Shown in pieces: positions 37,855 through 48,681 of a stretch of DNA of 64,000 bases. The notes beneath the pieces are model-generated. The model was not told where the DNA came from, ran no database searches, and saw nothing but the letters and a program-made list of their open reading frames with translations. Every line of letters starts with the position of its first letter. The first letter of the stretch is position 1. This DNA is from Bacillales bacterium UBA6449 (GTDB lineage Bacteria > Bacillota_I > Bacilli_A > RFN20 > CAG-288). The translations under genes were made by a program, and so were the position numbers. The stretch is taken from positions 299,273-363,272 of the forward strand of contig DJOB01000006.1 in NCBI GenBank assembly GCA_002437105.1, given 5' to 3'.

Positions 37855-37967
37855 ATTTTGTCCTCTTTTTTAATGTAGGATTCTATACGAAATGAATATT
37901 TTTTAACTATTCAAATAACATGGTGGCGATGATAAATTACAATCTATCAGAGTGACGGAGGAATCTA

Positions 37968-38900
37968 GTGTACATGTTTGTCACGCGGTCGCAAAGGGAG
38001 CGGGTTATTGCTGATTGGAAGAGCGAAAGGGAGAAGAGAGCTGGTATCTCCATTGCTCACAAGCTGGATGTGAAGACGGAAAATAAGACCTATAACTGGG
38101 GCGGAAAAGATTATGCATTAAATCTAATACACCCCTTGGGAAAGGCAAATCACCTGCCTACCATCTTTGATATTCACAGTGGAGGTTTCGCAAGGGGAAC
38201 CCATGTTACCGATATTCCGATGGATGAGTACCTCGCTAGGCAGGGACTGACAGTCGTGAATATTGAATATCCTCAGCCGGAAGTCGCCTCGTACAGGGAT
38301 ACCCTCTTGGCTATCGTCGCCGCGATGAGGGAAGCGATGAAGAGTGAGTGGGTCGATCGGAATTACCTGTTCGACATGGGTCTCTCGGCCGGAGCTAGCT
38401 ATGCACTGGTGATCGCGTGCCTATCTTCCGATGCCCAGCAGGCTGAGGAGTTCCTCGGCCAAGCGCTCTCCGATCTGCACTTCCAGGGAATCATCCTCAA
38501 TCATCCCGTCGTTTATCTGACGCAGTTCTATAAGGGACTCAAGCCCGCTGAGCGATCTGTCTTAAAGAAGTTTATGTTCCCGCGAAAGGATTCGCTCTAT
38601 CGTCTGGTTAAGGATCCTTCAGGCCTCCTTCATTCAGTGCAGGATAAGCTGCCGCCTATCAGGATTATTGCTTCCCAGGGGGATATCAAGTACTTCTATC
38701 AGAGTCAGCAGCTGATCGCCTATCTGACCAACCAGGATTTTAAGATCGCCTCCCAGGTCCTCTCTGATGAGAATCTTGATCATCTGTTCAATGTTAAGGA
38801 TTATGAGAATCTCAATTCGTTCATCGTGAATAATACGACGGCTAATTTTGTCCTCACCAATTCGCGACTGAGGAGGGTTGAAGATGTCTCTAATAGCTAG
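37968..38900 (+). CDS. alpha/beta hydrolase fold-3 esterase/lipase paralogue 1
   Basis: The oxyanion region is IHSGGF and the nucleophile region is GLSAGA. GTG 37968 lies 6 nt after GGAGG. Confidence 0.7.
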   Translation: MYMFVTRSQRERVIADWKSEREKRAGISIAHKLDVKTENKTYNWGGKDYALNLIHPLGKANHLPTIFDIHSGGFARGTHVTDIPMDEYLARQGLTVVNIEYPQPEVASYRDTLLAIVAAMREAMKSEWVDRNYLFDMGLSAGASYALVIACLSSDAQQAEEFLGQALSDLHFQGIILNHPVVYLTQFYKGLKPAERSVLKKFMFPRKDSLYRLVKDPSGLLHSVQDKLPPIRIIASQGDIKYFYQSQQLIAYLTNQDFKIASQVLSDENLDHLFNVKDYENLNSFIVNNTTANFVLTNSRLRRVEDVSNS

Positions 38901-39813
38901 GAGGCGTATGGAGAAGACCTGGAAGAGGGTAGCGGAATCGGACAAGGAGCGACTGAGCAAACTGGTTATCCCTCGAGGCGTGAGCTTTAGGACCTTCAGG
39001 TATGTTGAGGACGATAATCCGCTTCATACTCTCTCTATCTACTGGCCGAGCAATCGTACTTCCGATTCTCCGGTGGTGATAGATATCCATGGCGGTGGTT
39101 GGATGTATGGTTCCAAGGAGGTGAATCGGCCTTTCGATATTTCACTCGCCTCGCTGGGGGTGGCAGTGGTCGGTATCTCCTTTCGGCTCCTGCCGCAGAC
39201 CGACCTCTCTGGCATGCTTCAAGACATCTTTAAAGCGGTAGAGTTTGCCTATTCCAAGAGGATTGCGCTTCGTCTCGATTTCACTAAGACCTTTATCACG
39301 GGCGATAGCGCTGGAGGACAGTTAGCTGGTCTGATCACGGGGATGCAGGAGCTTCCCTTTCTTTTGGATAAGGTCGGTGTAAAACCTTTTCCATTCAAGA
39401 TAAGAGCGGTAAATTTCAATCATCCCGTTCCTTATATTAAGGATTCGGTAATAGTATCGGCCGGCAGATTAGCGAGCCGTCTGGGAGTGGATGAGATGAT
39501 GCGCATGATGTTTGGTCCTCGACTCTTCCGAGATAAGAAGTATGCGAAGCTCTGCTCGGATTTTGATGCACTCATCGCCGATGTGAAGTCTTTCCCTCCC
39601 AGCCTGATAACCACTTCTACTGGCGATAGGTCATTCAATGCGCAAGCGCATCACCTCTATGAGACGCTGAAGAATAGAGGGGTCGAGGTGGAGCTGTTTG
39701 AAGTGCCTGATGAGAAACACGTATACAACGTGATACACATGGATACTCCAATAGGTATAAAAGCCAATAAGAGAATTGTAAATTTCTTTATGATGCATCA
39801 AGGGAGAGACTGA
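38884..39813 (+). CDS. alpha/beta hydrolase fold-3 esterase/lipase paralogue 2
   Basis: Motifs are HGGGW and GDSAGG. ATG 38884 lies 6 nt after GAGGAGGG. The track start 38878 is a TTG. Confidence 0.8.
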   Translation: MSLIARRRMEKTWKRVAESDKERLSKLVIPRGVSFRTFRYVEDDNPLHTLSIYWPSNRTSDSPVVIDIHGGGWMYGSKEVNRPFDISLASLGVAVVGISFRLLPQTDLSGMLQDIFKAVEFAYSKRIALRLDFTKTFITGDSAGGQLAGLITGMQELPFLLDKVGVKPFPFKIRAVNFNHPVPYIKDSVIVSAGRLASRLGVDEMMRMMFGPRLFRDKKYAKLCSDFDALIADVKSFPPSLITTSTGDRSFNAQAHHLYETLKNRGVEVELFEVPDEKHVYNVIHMDTPIGIKANKRIVNFFMMHQGRD

Positions 39814-39882
39814 TATTAGTTTTATTTAGAAATATTTTCCTTAGATAACAATCTATAGATAAAAGTAAATGGACCATATCGG

Positions 39883-40434
39883 ATGCAAGAGATAGATTTT
39901 AGAGATATCGAGCTCAATGCGGATAGGATTTTCGCTGAGAATTGGGGCTTGCTCGCTGCTGGAGATAAGAGCGATTGGAACTGTATGACCATCAGTTGGG
40001 GGATGCTGGGATCCATCTGGGGGCAGGGCTGGGGTGAACCCAGCTGCATTGTCTTTGTTCGCCCTCAGCGCTATACCAAGATATTCATGGATAGATCCGT
40101 TAGATTCTCGATCTCCTTTTTCCCAAGGTCCAATCAAGAGGACTTGAGGTACCTCGGCTCTCATTCCCGGTGGCAGGTGCCAGACAAGGTTGAACATACC
40201 TGCTTGACTCCCGATATTTTGAACGGTGAAGTTGTATTTAAGGAAGCGGTCCTCACACTCGTCTGTCGGAAGCTCTATCAGCAGACGATGAAAGAGGAAT
40301 GCTTCATCGATCAGGATACGATTAAGAAGTGGTATCCCTTGAAGGATTTTCACGACCTCTATATCGCGAGAATCGAAAAGACACTGATTCCCGACGGTAG
40401 TTCAGTGTCTGATCTCAAGAGACTTCTCAGCTAG
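39883..40434 (+). CDS. flavin reductase-like (FMN-binding split barrel) protein
   Basis: The N-terminal pattern NCMTISWGMLGSIWG...VFVRPQRYT resembles flavin-reductase-domain proteins. The opposite-strand ORF 39853..40353 looks like noise. Confidence 0.6.
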   Translation: MQEIDFRDIELNADRIFAENWGLLAAGDKSDWNCMTISWGMLGSIWGQGWGEPSCIVFVRPQRYTKIFMDRSVRFSISFFPRSNQEDLRYLGSHSRWQVPDKVEHTCLTPDILNGEVVFKEAVLTLVCRKLYQQTMKEECFIDQDTIKKWYPLKDFHDLYIARIEKTLIPDGSSVSDLKRLLS

Positions 40435-41075
40435 ATATCTCTCTTCTTTAAAATATTTACCGATAGTAAGTATGAAGGGTAGAGGATCGCTGGGGCGATC
40501 GCTATCCCTATCAGAAGGTATATCCAAGAGTATTGGAACGAATCTATCGCCTTCTCTAGAGTTGGAATCAGTGCAGGGACGATTCCGAATATGCCGACGC
40601 CACCGATCAGACCAGTGGCTAGGGCGATGATGAAGGCGAGTGACCACTTTGGCGCATTTCTGAAATATATCGGTAGCAGGGTCGCATCGAAGAGGGTGAA
40701 GCAGATAACGCCGATACCGGTGAGAGAGACGATATTTGTTATCGTATCGGTATTGTTTGATTCTGGGTATATCACTAGGTTAGATATGAGACCGAAAGGA
40801 ATGCAGAGGAGTAGAAAGGCTACTTCAATAATTATCAGTACCAGGAATTTTGAAGCGATGTACTGCTTCTTGCTGATAGGGAGCAGCGAGGAGAACATGA
40901 AGTCGTTTCCTTCAGCCATGGTCGTGAGGATGGCGTTCAGGAAAGTCATGGGGTAGAAGTATATGAAGGCGTAGGGAAAATTAGGGGGAACGAAGAAGAT
41001 CAGGACGAACAGGAAGAGCGTGTAGCAGATAGGTTTGACAACTAGTTTAAAATCTTTATAGATTAAAGTCTTCAT
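40431..41075 (-). CDS. ABC-2 family transporter permease
   Basis: It is 214 aa with 6 TM segments. It overlaps the upstream ATPase gene by 20 nt. Confidence 0.7.
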   Translation of the reverse strand: MKTLIYKDFKLVVKPICYTLFLFVLIFFVPPNFPYAFIYFYPMTFLNAILTTMAEGNDFMFSSLLPISKKQYIASKFLVLIIIEVAFLLLCIPFGLISNLVIYPESNNTDTITNIVSLTGIGVICFTLFDATLLPIYFRNAPKWSLAFIIALATGLIGGVGIFGIVPALIPTLEKAIDSFQYSWIYLLIGIAIAPAILYPSYLLSVNILKKRDI

Positions 41076-41928
41076 AGTTATCTCCTCTCTCGGTCAATAC
41101 CATGATCTCCTCGATGGAGGGTATCGTGGTCTTCAGGTCGGGTAGATCGCTCGGAACATCCTTAGCGTTCACTAGAGCTGAGAAGTGGTCCTGTTCGGTT
41201 TTTAAGCCGATTATTGGAAGACTTTTAATCTCTTCTAATCTATTATCGGGTCCTTGGATCAAGCGGTAGGACGATTTGAAACTGACTAGACTTCCTGAAT
41301 TGATCAGTCTTCCTCCCTTGATATAGATGATGTGATCGGCTACCTGTTCTAGATCCGATACTATCTGAGTCGAGAAGAGAATCGCACGTTCTCTGTCCTT
41401 GACGAAGTCTTTGAAGATCGAGAGGATCTCGTCTCTCGAGAAGGGGTCGAGTCCCGAGGTGGGTTCATCGAGGATCAACAGCTTTGCGTGGTGTGAAAGG
41501 GCGAGCGTCAGGAGGTATTTAGTCTTCATGCCGTTCGAGAGCTCTTTGAATCTCTTACCATCCTCGAGTTTGAATCTAGACATCAGCCGCGTATAGATGT
41601 CGTAGTCGAATCGCTTGTAGAATGGGGCGATGGCCGAGGTTATCGTCTTCAGCCTATCTTGGGGAAATATATTCAGACCACCCAACAGTAGCGATACGTC
41701 CTGCTTGAGCTGGATGTCCGCGATCTCATCCGTGTTCTGTCCGAAGAGGGAGACTGTTCCCGATGTTTTTTCAATCAGGTTGTAGATGGCTTTGATTATG
41801 GTGGTCTTACCAGCGCCGTTCATTCCGATCATCCCGACGATACTGCCCGGTTCGATCGCGAAGGATATGTCCTTTAGTTTGAAGGTCTTGTAATCCTTGC
41901 TGAGGTTTTCTACTCTGAGTATTTCCAT
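41056..41928 (-). CDS. ABC transporter ATP-binding protein
   Basis: Motifs are GMNGAGKTT, LSNGMKTKYLL and ILDEPTSGLD. I prefer ATG 41928, which is 8 nt after GGAG and gives MEILRVENL. The track start 41955 would overlap the NUDIX gene by 22 nt. Confidence 0.9.
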   Translation of the reverse strand: MEILRVENLSKDYKTFKLKDISFAIEPGSIVGMIGMNGAGKTTIIKAIYNLIEKTSGTVSLFGQNTDEIADIQLKQDVSLLLGGLNIFPQDRLKTITSAIAPFYKRFDYDIYTRLMSRFKLEDGKRFKELSNGMKTKYLLTLALSHHAKLLILDEPTSGLDPFSRDEILSIFKDFVKDRERAILFSTQIVSDLEQVADHIIYIKGGRLINSGSLVSFKSSYRLIQGPDNRLEEIKSLPIIGLKTEQDHFSALVNAKDVPSDLPDLKTTIPSIEEIMVLTERGDNYEDFNL

Positions 41929-41933
41929 AGGTG

Positions 41934-42395
41934 TTACTCCAGCGTTCTCTTCCAACTGTTATCAGGTTGTTTTCTAAAAACGATGTCGGTTATCTCGGGA
42001 TTAGAACACACTTCGAGTATCGCATCCATGTCAGCGGCCCAATCGTCTTTGGCGATATCTTCTAACTTCGCGAATCTGAGCTTGCCCTCGACGGAATCGT
42101 GTAGCTGACCGGTAAACTTATTCGCTGAGTAGATGAAGACCAGATAGGCATCCTGTCCCTCGGTGGTCTTGAATTCCATGATCCCCTCGAGCTTAGGATT
42201 CAGGATTGTAAGACCCGTCTCTTCTTTTATCTCTCGCTTGATGCTATCGACGATCGTCTCGCCTCTTTCGACATGTCCGCCGGGGAGAGTCCATCCTGGC
42301 CAATCCTTTTTTAGTCTCTTCTGGATGAGAAAACGTCCTTGATCATCTCTGATCAAGCACATATTAGTCATTTCCACTCTGAGTGTTCTATCCAT
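41934..42395 (-). CDS. NUDIX hydrolase (MutT-like)
   Basis: The Nudix box is GGHVERGETIVDSIKREIKEETGL. Confidence 0.85.
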   Translation of the reverse strand: MDRTLRVEMTNMCLIRDDQGRFLIQKRLKKDWPGWTLPGGHVERGETIVDSIKREIKEETGLTILNPKLEGIMEFKTTEGQDAYLVFIYSANKFTGQLHDSVEGKLRFAKLEDIAKDDWAADMDAILEVCSNPEITDIVFRKQPDNSWKRTLE

Positions 42396-42528
42396 ATGAA
42401 CTCCTTAGCCGAGGTTGATTCTATCAAAAAGTAACTTTGGTAAAAAAGCGACATGCCACTCTGAAAGGGAAGATAAAAGGCTAGAAATCTCTTCTAGCCT
42501 CAGCGTATTTAAGTCCGTTTCTATGTTA

Positions 42529-44166
42529 TTAAACGGCCGCCAGATAGAACAGGCTGGACGCGGCGGCATAGATGCAGACATCGACATTCAAGGCTGAAAT
42601 CAGATGGTTGGTGGGATTATCCTTCTGAAGGCTGTAGGCGTCGTTGAAGCGGGTCGCCAGCATCGCGAATCCGAGGAGGATGGGGACGATGTAGCGGAAG
42701 TCCATAGTGCAGCCGTAGGGCATCTTGATGTTGAAGTAGAACATCATCAAGACCTCGGAGAGGATGAGAGCCACCGCAAAACCATAGTCTTTTCTTACGA
42801 TGCCCTTCTTCTGAACTAGATACGCGATACCTATAGTGACGAACAGGAAGAATTGCACATAGGCAGCGACGAAAGCGACGAAGGCGAAGGCTTCTCCCTG
42901 CCAATATGAGAATTCACCGAAGATGGAGGTTTTCACGAGGTAGGTGGGGAGGTTATAGTCCTCGAAGGGTGAGGCGAAGAAAACATTGGTGGTCAGGTCG
43001 TGGATGGACAGAGGAGTCAGGAAGCGACTGAAGAAGTTGACATCAGCCACCGATAGAGCTGAATTGAGGTTGGAGAACACCCAACCGAAGGGGAAGCCCA
43101 TCACGAAGTGGGAATAGAAGACGAACCAGAGACCTAGGGGAGCTGCAATGCCGAGGAATATTAGATACTGTCCTATCAGGGATCCGACCCTGTCCTTGGC
43201 GCGTATCCTTTCGATGAGGACGACGAGGAAGCAGAAGGCCATCGGCAGGGCGATGATCGCTCCGTTGAGTTTGGTCATCATGGCCAGGCCGATAGAAGCA
43301 GCCGCTAGGAGCAGGGGGATGATTCCTCTTTTATTCTTATAGAATCTCAGGGTGAAATAGAGGCTTAGGCTCGATAGCATCACGCATAGAGTATCGTTGT
43401 TCAGCTGCCCTCCCAGCTGAACCAGACGGGGGAAGAAGAAGCAGAAAATCGCACCGATCAGGAGTCCCTTCTCAGTTTTGGCGAAGAGGCTGACCGATCT
43501 GAAGAAGAAGAAAGAGGCGATCAGGGAGTAGAAGCAGGAGAGGATCTGGTTGGCGCCGTAGAGGTTGTAGAGATCGAGGGCAGAATCTTGGGTGTATCCC
43601 ATAGCGATCCAAGGCTTGAGGTAATCGATGTTGATATCTTTCATGCGACAGAGGGAGAGGAAGGGTTGAAAGAGTCGCATGAACATGCCTTGGATGAAGG
43701 CGTTCAGCGGTGGGTGATAGAACTGATAGGCAGTCTCTGGCGTGTTGTACTGGGTCGGCAGTTTTCCAGTGAGGTAGAAGCTGACGGCGTAGGGGAAGTG
43801 ACCATCCTGCCTAGTTCCGGTGGAGAAGGTGTCGTACTGCCTCAGCGTCATCGGGGTTACCAGCATGTAGCAGAGGTGCACGAATACGGAAGCGAGAAAC
43901 AGGATCAGCAGCAATCTTCGGGTGGTGAGCTTTCCCGTCAGTTTCAGGTAGATTCCCACGCAAGCGATGATCATGATCATGGAGACGGAGAAGATCTGGG
44001 CGATCATGCCGTTTCGCACGACTCCGTATAGCGGTTTGAAGATCAGGTAGGAAGCGAAGATCAGGATGAAGATGAGAGCGAAGAGGAGCGTCTCCCACCA
44101 CGCCCGGTTTTTAAAGTCCAACAGGTCTTTAGGTTTTCGACTATCGCTTGGAGCTGTTTCCATCAT
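42529..44166 (-). CDS. GT-C fold membrane glycosyltransferase (GT39/GT83, PMT/ArnT-like)
   Basis: It has about 12 TM segments. The YHPPL motif (FYHPPLNAF) follows the first TM helices. I prefer ATG 44166, where GGAGAAGG lies upstream. The track start is 44217. Confidence 0.7.
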   Translation of the reverse strand: MMETAPSDSRKPKDLLDFKNRAWWETLLFALIFILIFASYLIFKPLYGVVRNGMIAQIFSVSMIMIIACVGIYLKLTGKLTTRRLLLILFLASVFVHLCYMLVTPMTLRQYDTFSTGTRQDGHFPYAVSFYLTGKLPTQYNTPETAYQFYHPPLNAFIQGMFMRLFQPFLSLCRMKDINIDYLKPWIAMGYTQDSALDLYNLYGANQILSCFYSLIASFFFFRSVSLFAKTEKGLLIGAIFCFFFPRLVQLGGQLNNDTLCVMLSSLSLYFTLRFYKNKRGIIPLLLAAASIGLAMMTKLNGAIIALPMAFCFLVVLIERIRAKDRVGSLIGQYLIFLGIAAPLGLWFVFYSHFVMGFPFGWVFSNLNSALSVADVNFFSRFLTPLSIHDLTTNVFFASPFEDYNLPTYLVKTSIFGEFSYWQGEAFAFVAFVAAYVQFFLFVTIGIAYLVQKKGIVRKDYGFAVALILSEVLMMFYFNIKMPYGCTMDFRYIVPILLGFAMLATRFNDAYSLQKDNPTNHLISALNVDVCIYAAASSLFYLAAV

Positions 44167-45712
44167 TTTCCTTCTCCTCGTGATAGCTCTGCTCCGTATT
44201 GACATTCCAGAGTTCATCCTTGCTGGTATCGCCTTTGATGATGTGTCTAGCGGCGAGGATGGCCGTCATCATCGAATGGTCCATATTGTTGTAGCGGTGT
44301 TGTCCATTCCTTCCGACGCAGAAGAGATTGTCAATAGTATTAAGATAATCTTTAACCTTATCAAATTGTGAATAGGTTCCAAAGTAGGCGGGATAGGCTT
44401 TCCGGATTTTGACCTGGGTTGAATCGAGGATGTCATCAGCTGAGGCGATCACACCTATCTCCACGAGTTCGCCGATAGCTTTGGCGATGAACTTCTCTTT
44501 CTCCATCGTCCACATCGCATCGCCCTCGTTGCAGAAGTACTCGAGTCCGATCCAGACTTTCGTATTGTCCTTCACCATGTAGGGAGACCAGTTGTTGAAT
44601 ATCTGGATCCGTCCCAGTCTCACCTCGCGGTCCTGAACATAGATCCAGGTGTCGGGGACACGATCGTACAGGGTCTTTAGCTTGGTCTCATTGTGGATCT
44701 TCAGCTTATCCACTAGCAGACCTACGGTGATGAAGTCGCGATAGGGAAGCTCGGTGGCGATGCGGTAGACTTCCTCGCCGGTCTTCTGTTGACCGATGGA
44801 TTCGATGAGATCCTTGATGGGCATGGAAGATACATAGTAATCTCCCTGGTATTCTTTACCGCCTGCCCGCAGGGAAGCGATATTTCCTCTGTCGTCTAGA
44901 GATATGCCGTCCACCTGGGCGTTGAAGATGATCTCACCACCCATTTCGATGATCTTCTTCGCCATCTCCTCGTACAGCTGTCCCGGTCCCTTCTTGGGGT
45001 ACATGAATTCCTCGATCAGCGAGGTTTCCTTCTTCTTGCTATTCTTGACGAAGGGTTTCTGAAGGATATTTAAAATGGCTTTACTCAGGGATAGACCTTT
45101 GACGCGCTGGCGTCCCCAATCAGCGGAGATGTCCTTAGGATCGCGGCCCCAGACCTTAGCCGTGTAATCCTCGAAGAACATCTGATAGAGCGGTTTGCCG
45201 AAGCGGTTGATGTAGAAATCCGCGAGATTGTTTTCCTTTCTCTTGTGTATAGCGCTGCCGAGGTAGCCGAATCCCGCCTGCATCGTCTTTTTGAAACCCA
45301 TATTGTGGAAGGTCTGCCACTTGAGAGATATGGGGTAGTCGAAGAAGCGCCGGTTGAAATAGATACGGCTCACTCTTCTTCGCCTGAGCATGATCTCGTC
45401 GGTCTTCTCCGGATCGGGTCCCCCGGGAGCTAACTGTACCTTTCGATCGATGGCGCGGTCGTCGCTCGCGGGTGCTCCCTGCAGGGGCATCACTTCCAGC
45501 CATATCCTGTTCACCTCATCGAGTTTGGTGAAGAAGCGGTGTCCACCGATATCCATGCGGTTCCCGTGGTAAGAGACGGTCTGAGAGATGCCACCGATAA
45601 CGTGATCGGAGGCTTCAAGGATGATCGGATGAAGATCTTTTCCCTCTTTGAGAAGGGTGTAAGCGGCAGTTAGACCAGCGGGACCGGCTCCGATGATTAT
45701 TATATTTTTCAT
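44141..45712 (-). CDS. FAD/NAD(P)-dependent oxidoreductase (amine-oxidase / UDP-galactopyranose-mutase superfamily)
   Basis: The N-terminal dinucleotide fold is [13 protein letters not shown]. Other motifs are GGHRFF and the C-terminal [14 protein letters not shown]. Confidence 0.75.
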   Translation of the reverse strand: MKNIIIIGAGPAGLTAAYTLLKEGKDLHPIILEASDHVIGGISQTVSYHGNRMDIGGHRFFTKLDEVNRIWLEVMPLQGAPASDDRAIDRKVQLAPGGPDPEKTDEIMLRRRRVSRIYFNRRFFDYPISLKWQTFHNMGFKKTMQAGFGYLGSAIHKRKENNLADFYINRFGKPLYQMFFEDYTAKVWGRDPKDISADWGRQRVKGLSLSKAILNILQKPFVKNSKKKETSLIEEFMYPKKGPGQLYEEMAKKIIEMGGEIIFNAQVDGISLDDRGNIASLRAGGKEYQGDYYVSSMPIKDLIESIGQQKTGEEVYRIATELPYRDFITVGLLVDKLKIHNETKLKTLYDRVPDTWIYVQDREVRLGRIQIFNNWSPYMVKDNTKVWIGLEYFCNEGDAMWTMEKEKFIAKAIGELVEIGVIASADDILDSTQVKIRKAYPAYFGTYSQFDKVKDYLNTIDNLFCVGRNGQHRYNNMDHSMMTAILAARHIIKGDTSKDELWNVNTEQSYHEEKENDGNSSKR

Positions 45713-45759
45713 AGTATGTTCCTTTCTCTCTGCAGAAAATTATAAGCGCTAGGGAGCTG

Positions 45760-46734
45760 CTATCTATTTTTATCTTCAGGCGATCTGATGCTGTCGATAA
45801 AGAAGCTGGGGCGCCCGCGGGTATTGATTAGGATATTGTGGAGATAGACGCCTAAGAATCCCACGAAGAAGATGATGAGGAACACACCGAAGAGTATGAA
45901 GAGGATGATGGTAAGAATCATCATCGAGGTCACAGCGGAGAAGCTGATGACTCCCGTATCGGAGAGGAAGAAGAGAATCAGAAATATCAGGGCGAGAGGG
46001 AGCGAGACAGCTGCACCGATCGCCCCTATTTTAATCGGTAGGTAGAGGGGTTTAGCCGTCGCGGCCGAGATGATGTCGAAGGCGTAGTTGACCATTTTGT
46101 CGAGGTTGTACTTGCTCTGGCCCGCCACTCTCTTCTTCCGCACGAAATCGATCTGGCAGGATCTATATCCGATCAGAGGTATCTCGGCGACGAGGAGCCG
46201 GTCCTTCTCGGGAAGGACTAGGATCGTATCCAGTGCCTTTCGGGAGAGACCGCGAAAACAGTTGACATTCTCTGGAATCACATTCTTCTTTTCGAGTTTG
46301 TTCGTCAGTTTATAGAAGAATCCAGCCGACTCTCTCTTGAAGGCGGAATCGGTCTGGCGCGAGACTCGGTGAGGTGAAACGACCTCGTATCCTTCGCGGA
46401 ATTTTTCGCATATATCCTTGATCAGGCAGACTGGATCCTGCAGGTCGATATCCATCATGATGACATAGTCGCCCTTCGCGACTGAGAGGCCGGCGGTGAG
46501 GGCGGGATTCTGTCCGGAATTTCGCGACAGATCGACGATCGTGAAATCGTTTCTCCGTTCATAGATGCTGTTCATGACCTCGAGGGTCTTATCTGTGGAG
46601 CCATCGTTGATGAGGATGAAGCGGAAAGTAAAATCGGGAATATCCTTGGTGATCTGGTCGACAGCCGCGAAGAATAGCGGTATGGTCTGCTCCTCGTTGT
46701 AGCAGGGCGAAACGATATCTACTACTTTATTCAT
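45760..46734 (-). CDS. GT2 polyprenyl-phosphate sugar synthase (GtrB/ArnC-like)
   Basis: The GT-A domain has SPCYNEE, DGSTDKT and the DxD region MMDIDLQD. Two C-terminal TM helices are typical of GtrB-type enzymes. Confidence 0.8.
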   Translation of the reverse strand: MNKVVDIVSPCYNEEQTIPLFFAAVDQITKDIPDFTFRFILINDGSTDKTLEVMNSIYERRNDFTIVDLSRNSGQNPALTAGLSVAKGDYVIMMDIDLQDPVCLIKDICEKFREGYEVVSPHRVSRQTDSAFKRESAGFFYKLTNKLEKKNVIPENVNCFRGLSRKALDTILVLPEKDRLLVAEIPLIGYRSCQIDFVRKKRVAGQSKYNLDKMVNYAFDIISAATAKPLYLPIKIGAIGAAVSLPLALIFLILFFLSDTGVISFSAVTSMMILTIILFILFGVFLIIFFVGFLGVYLHNILINTRGRPSFFIDSIRSPEDKNR

Positions 46735-46927
46735 GCAGTTCCTCCTCTCCTTTAATGATTTATTTTATACGGAGGAGCTTTTATACGATAAAAGTATTTA
46801 TGCCAAGACCTCAGTCAAGGTAAAAGTTGGAAATTATTTTAGTTTTTCTCTTTGGATATTGAACGTTTTTATGACAATCGTTCAAAAATAGGAAGGACTG
46901 GGTAGATTCTATTGCTGGTGACGAGTC

Positions 46928-48175
46928 CTATATCAGGACCTGTGAATTATCGCTCTCCTTCTTCTTCCGAGCATACGAGATGAGATAGCAGGGAATCGAG
47001 AGCGCCTGGGCGGCGATAGAGACGACGATGAGGGCGATGATGGAGGTGTCGTAGAGAGCACCCATGAGCCAGCTCCCGAGGAATCCGAAGAGGCCGAAGG
47101 AACATTCGAATATGCCATAGCCGGTGGCGCGGCTATCCTTGGGTACCATGGTGGTCACGACAGCTTTCATGATAGATTCTTGGGCTCCCATGCCGATGCC
47201 CCAGAGGGCGACGCCTATCAGTAGCATCGGTACTGAAGCGAAGTTGAAGATGAATAGCGAGAAGATGCTCGAAAGCGCGGTGGCGATGATGAGCGAAAGA
47301 ACGCCGAATCTATCGTAGAGTCGACCGAAGATCAGAGCGGATATAGCGTCGATGATCATCGCTCCGGAGTAGATGAGCGGGAGGGTCTGTGGAGTGATTA
47401 TCTTGCTGCCAGCATCGACGAATACTTTAGTGATGTGCATTCCTATGAGAGAGTAGTCGAGGAATCCGAGGGCGAAGAGACTGATGCCGGCGATGTATAG
47501 AACGAAGCTCGCTCTCATCTTGAATTTCTCTCTCTTCTTAGGCTGAGGCTCGAAGTTCTCTGGATTGGGGAATTTGTGCTTGGTGAAGAGGAGCATGAAA
47601 ATGGTCGCTAGAGCGGGTATCAGCAGGAGCAGGAAGCAGAAGGCGTAGGTGCGATAGGTATCGCTGTCCACTTTGAAAAGCATGATCACATATAGGAACA
47701 GCGGGCCCAAGAAGGCTCCGATCTGATCGAGCATCTCTTGGATGCCAAAGCTTTTACCAACTTTTTCCTGAGTAGCGGCAAACGATAAAATTGTATCTTT
47801 AGAAGGCTTTTTTATAGCTTTTCCAACTCTTTGAATACTAAGTAGAACGCAAGCCCAGATCCAGCCGTGCGGGCCCACGAATGCCATCAGGGGTACAACC
47901 AGGGTATCGATCAGGTAACCGGCGATGGTGAGCGCCCAATACTTTTTGGTTCGGTCGGCAATCTTTCCAAAGACATAGCGGAGCGAATAGCCGAGGAGTT
48001 CACCTAATCCCGAGATGAAACCGATGGTGGTCGCGGAGGCCCCGATCAGCGAGAGATACGATCCTTGAATGCTGGCCGCTCCTTCGTGTGTCATATCTGA
48101 AAGCAGACTCACGACGCCGAATAGGAGGATGAATACCATCGCGGGTGAGATGCGTCTATTTTCCTTATTTTTCAT
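46928..48175 (-). CDS. MFS transporter
   Basis: It is 415 aa with about 12 TM segments. It overlaps the upstream marR-family gene by 11 nt. Confidence 0.8.
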   Translation of the reverse strand: MKNKENRRISPAMVFILLFGVVSLLSDMTHEGAASIQGSYLSLIGASATTIGFISGLGELLGYSLRYVFGKIADRTKKYWALTIAGYLIDTLVVPLMAFVGPHGWIWACVLLSIQRVGKAIKKPSKDTILSFAATQEKVGKSFGIQEMLDQIGAFLGPLFLYVIMLFKVDSDTYRTYAFCFLLLLIPALATIFMLLFTKHKFPNPENFEPQPKKREKFKMRASFVLYIAGISLFALGFLDYSLIGMHITKVFVDAGSKIITPQTLPLIYSGAMIIDAISALIFGRLYDRFGVLSLIIATALSSIFSLFIFNFASVPMLLIGVALWGIGMGAQESIMKAVVTTMVPKDSRATGYGIFECSFGLFGFLGSWLMGALYDTSIIALIVVSIAAQALSIPCYLISYARKKKESDNSQVLI

Positions 48176-48638
48176 AGTTTTGTTCCTCTATGATTTTTCT
48201 GATATTTGGAAAGCCTGCCTTACTTTCGGCTTTAGAGCGCAGATAGATCTTTTCGAGCAGATGGGCGAAGGTGCCCCTTTCCTGCTCGGTCAAACCCTCC
48301 AGGAGATATTCGTAATAGGCCGTTTCGACATGGCGCTTCGATACTTTCAGTTCCTCAGCTTTTTCAGTCGGGTAGATCAGGGATGATCTGTTATCGTCTG
48401 GATCCTTCTTTTTGATCAGGTACCCTTTCTTTACCAGACTGGCTACTTCTCGGGCGACTGCTGCCTTATCTGTGCCCAATATCTGGCATATGTTGGATTG
48501 GCTGATGCCATCGTGTTTTCTCACGACATGGATCAGATCGAATTCAGAAGTGCCGATGCCATCGCGCTTCAATGTTCGCACGGCTAGTTTATTCACTTCG
48601 CGGGCAATCTTGGTTATTTCCGCCTTTGTTATATCCAT
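48165..48638 (-). CDS. MarR-family transcriptional regulator
   Basis: It is 157 aa. The winged HTH reads ISQSNICQILGTDKAAVAREVASLVKKGYL. Confidence 0.85.
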   Translation of the reverse strand: MDITKAEITKIAREVNKLAVRTLKRDGIGTSEFDLIHVVRKHDGISQSNICQILGTDKAAVAREVASLVKKGYLIKKKDPDDNRSSLIYPTEKAEELKVSKRHVETAYYEYLLEGLTEQERGTFAHLLEKIYLRSKAESKAGFPNIRKIIEEQNYEK

Positions 48639-48667
48639 ATCTCGCCTCGTCTATAGGTCATATATTT

Positions 48668-48681
48668 GTTGATATATCAAC
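48668..48681. promoter_or_regulatory. perfect 14-bp palindrome, candidate MarR operator
   Basis: GTTGATATATCAAC lies 30 nt upstream of the marR-family ATG. Confidence 0.4.

Noticed and set aside
46858-46885. Inverted repeat TTGAACG-N13-CGTTCAA between the MFS gene and the GT2 operon
   Set aside because: It has a 7-bp arm with a large AT-rich loop and no U-tract. It could be an operator or a weak terminator. The evidence is too thin to annotate.
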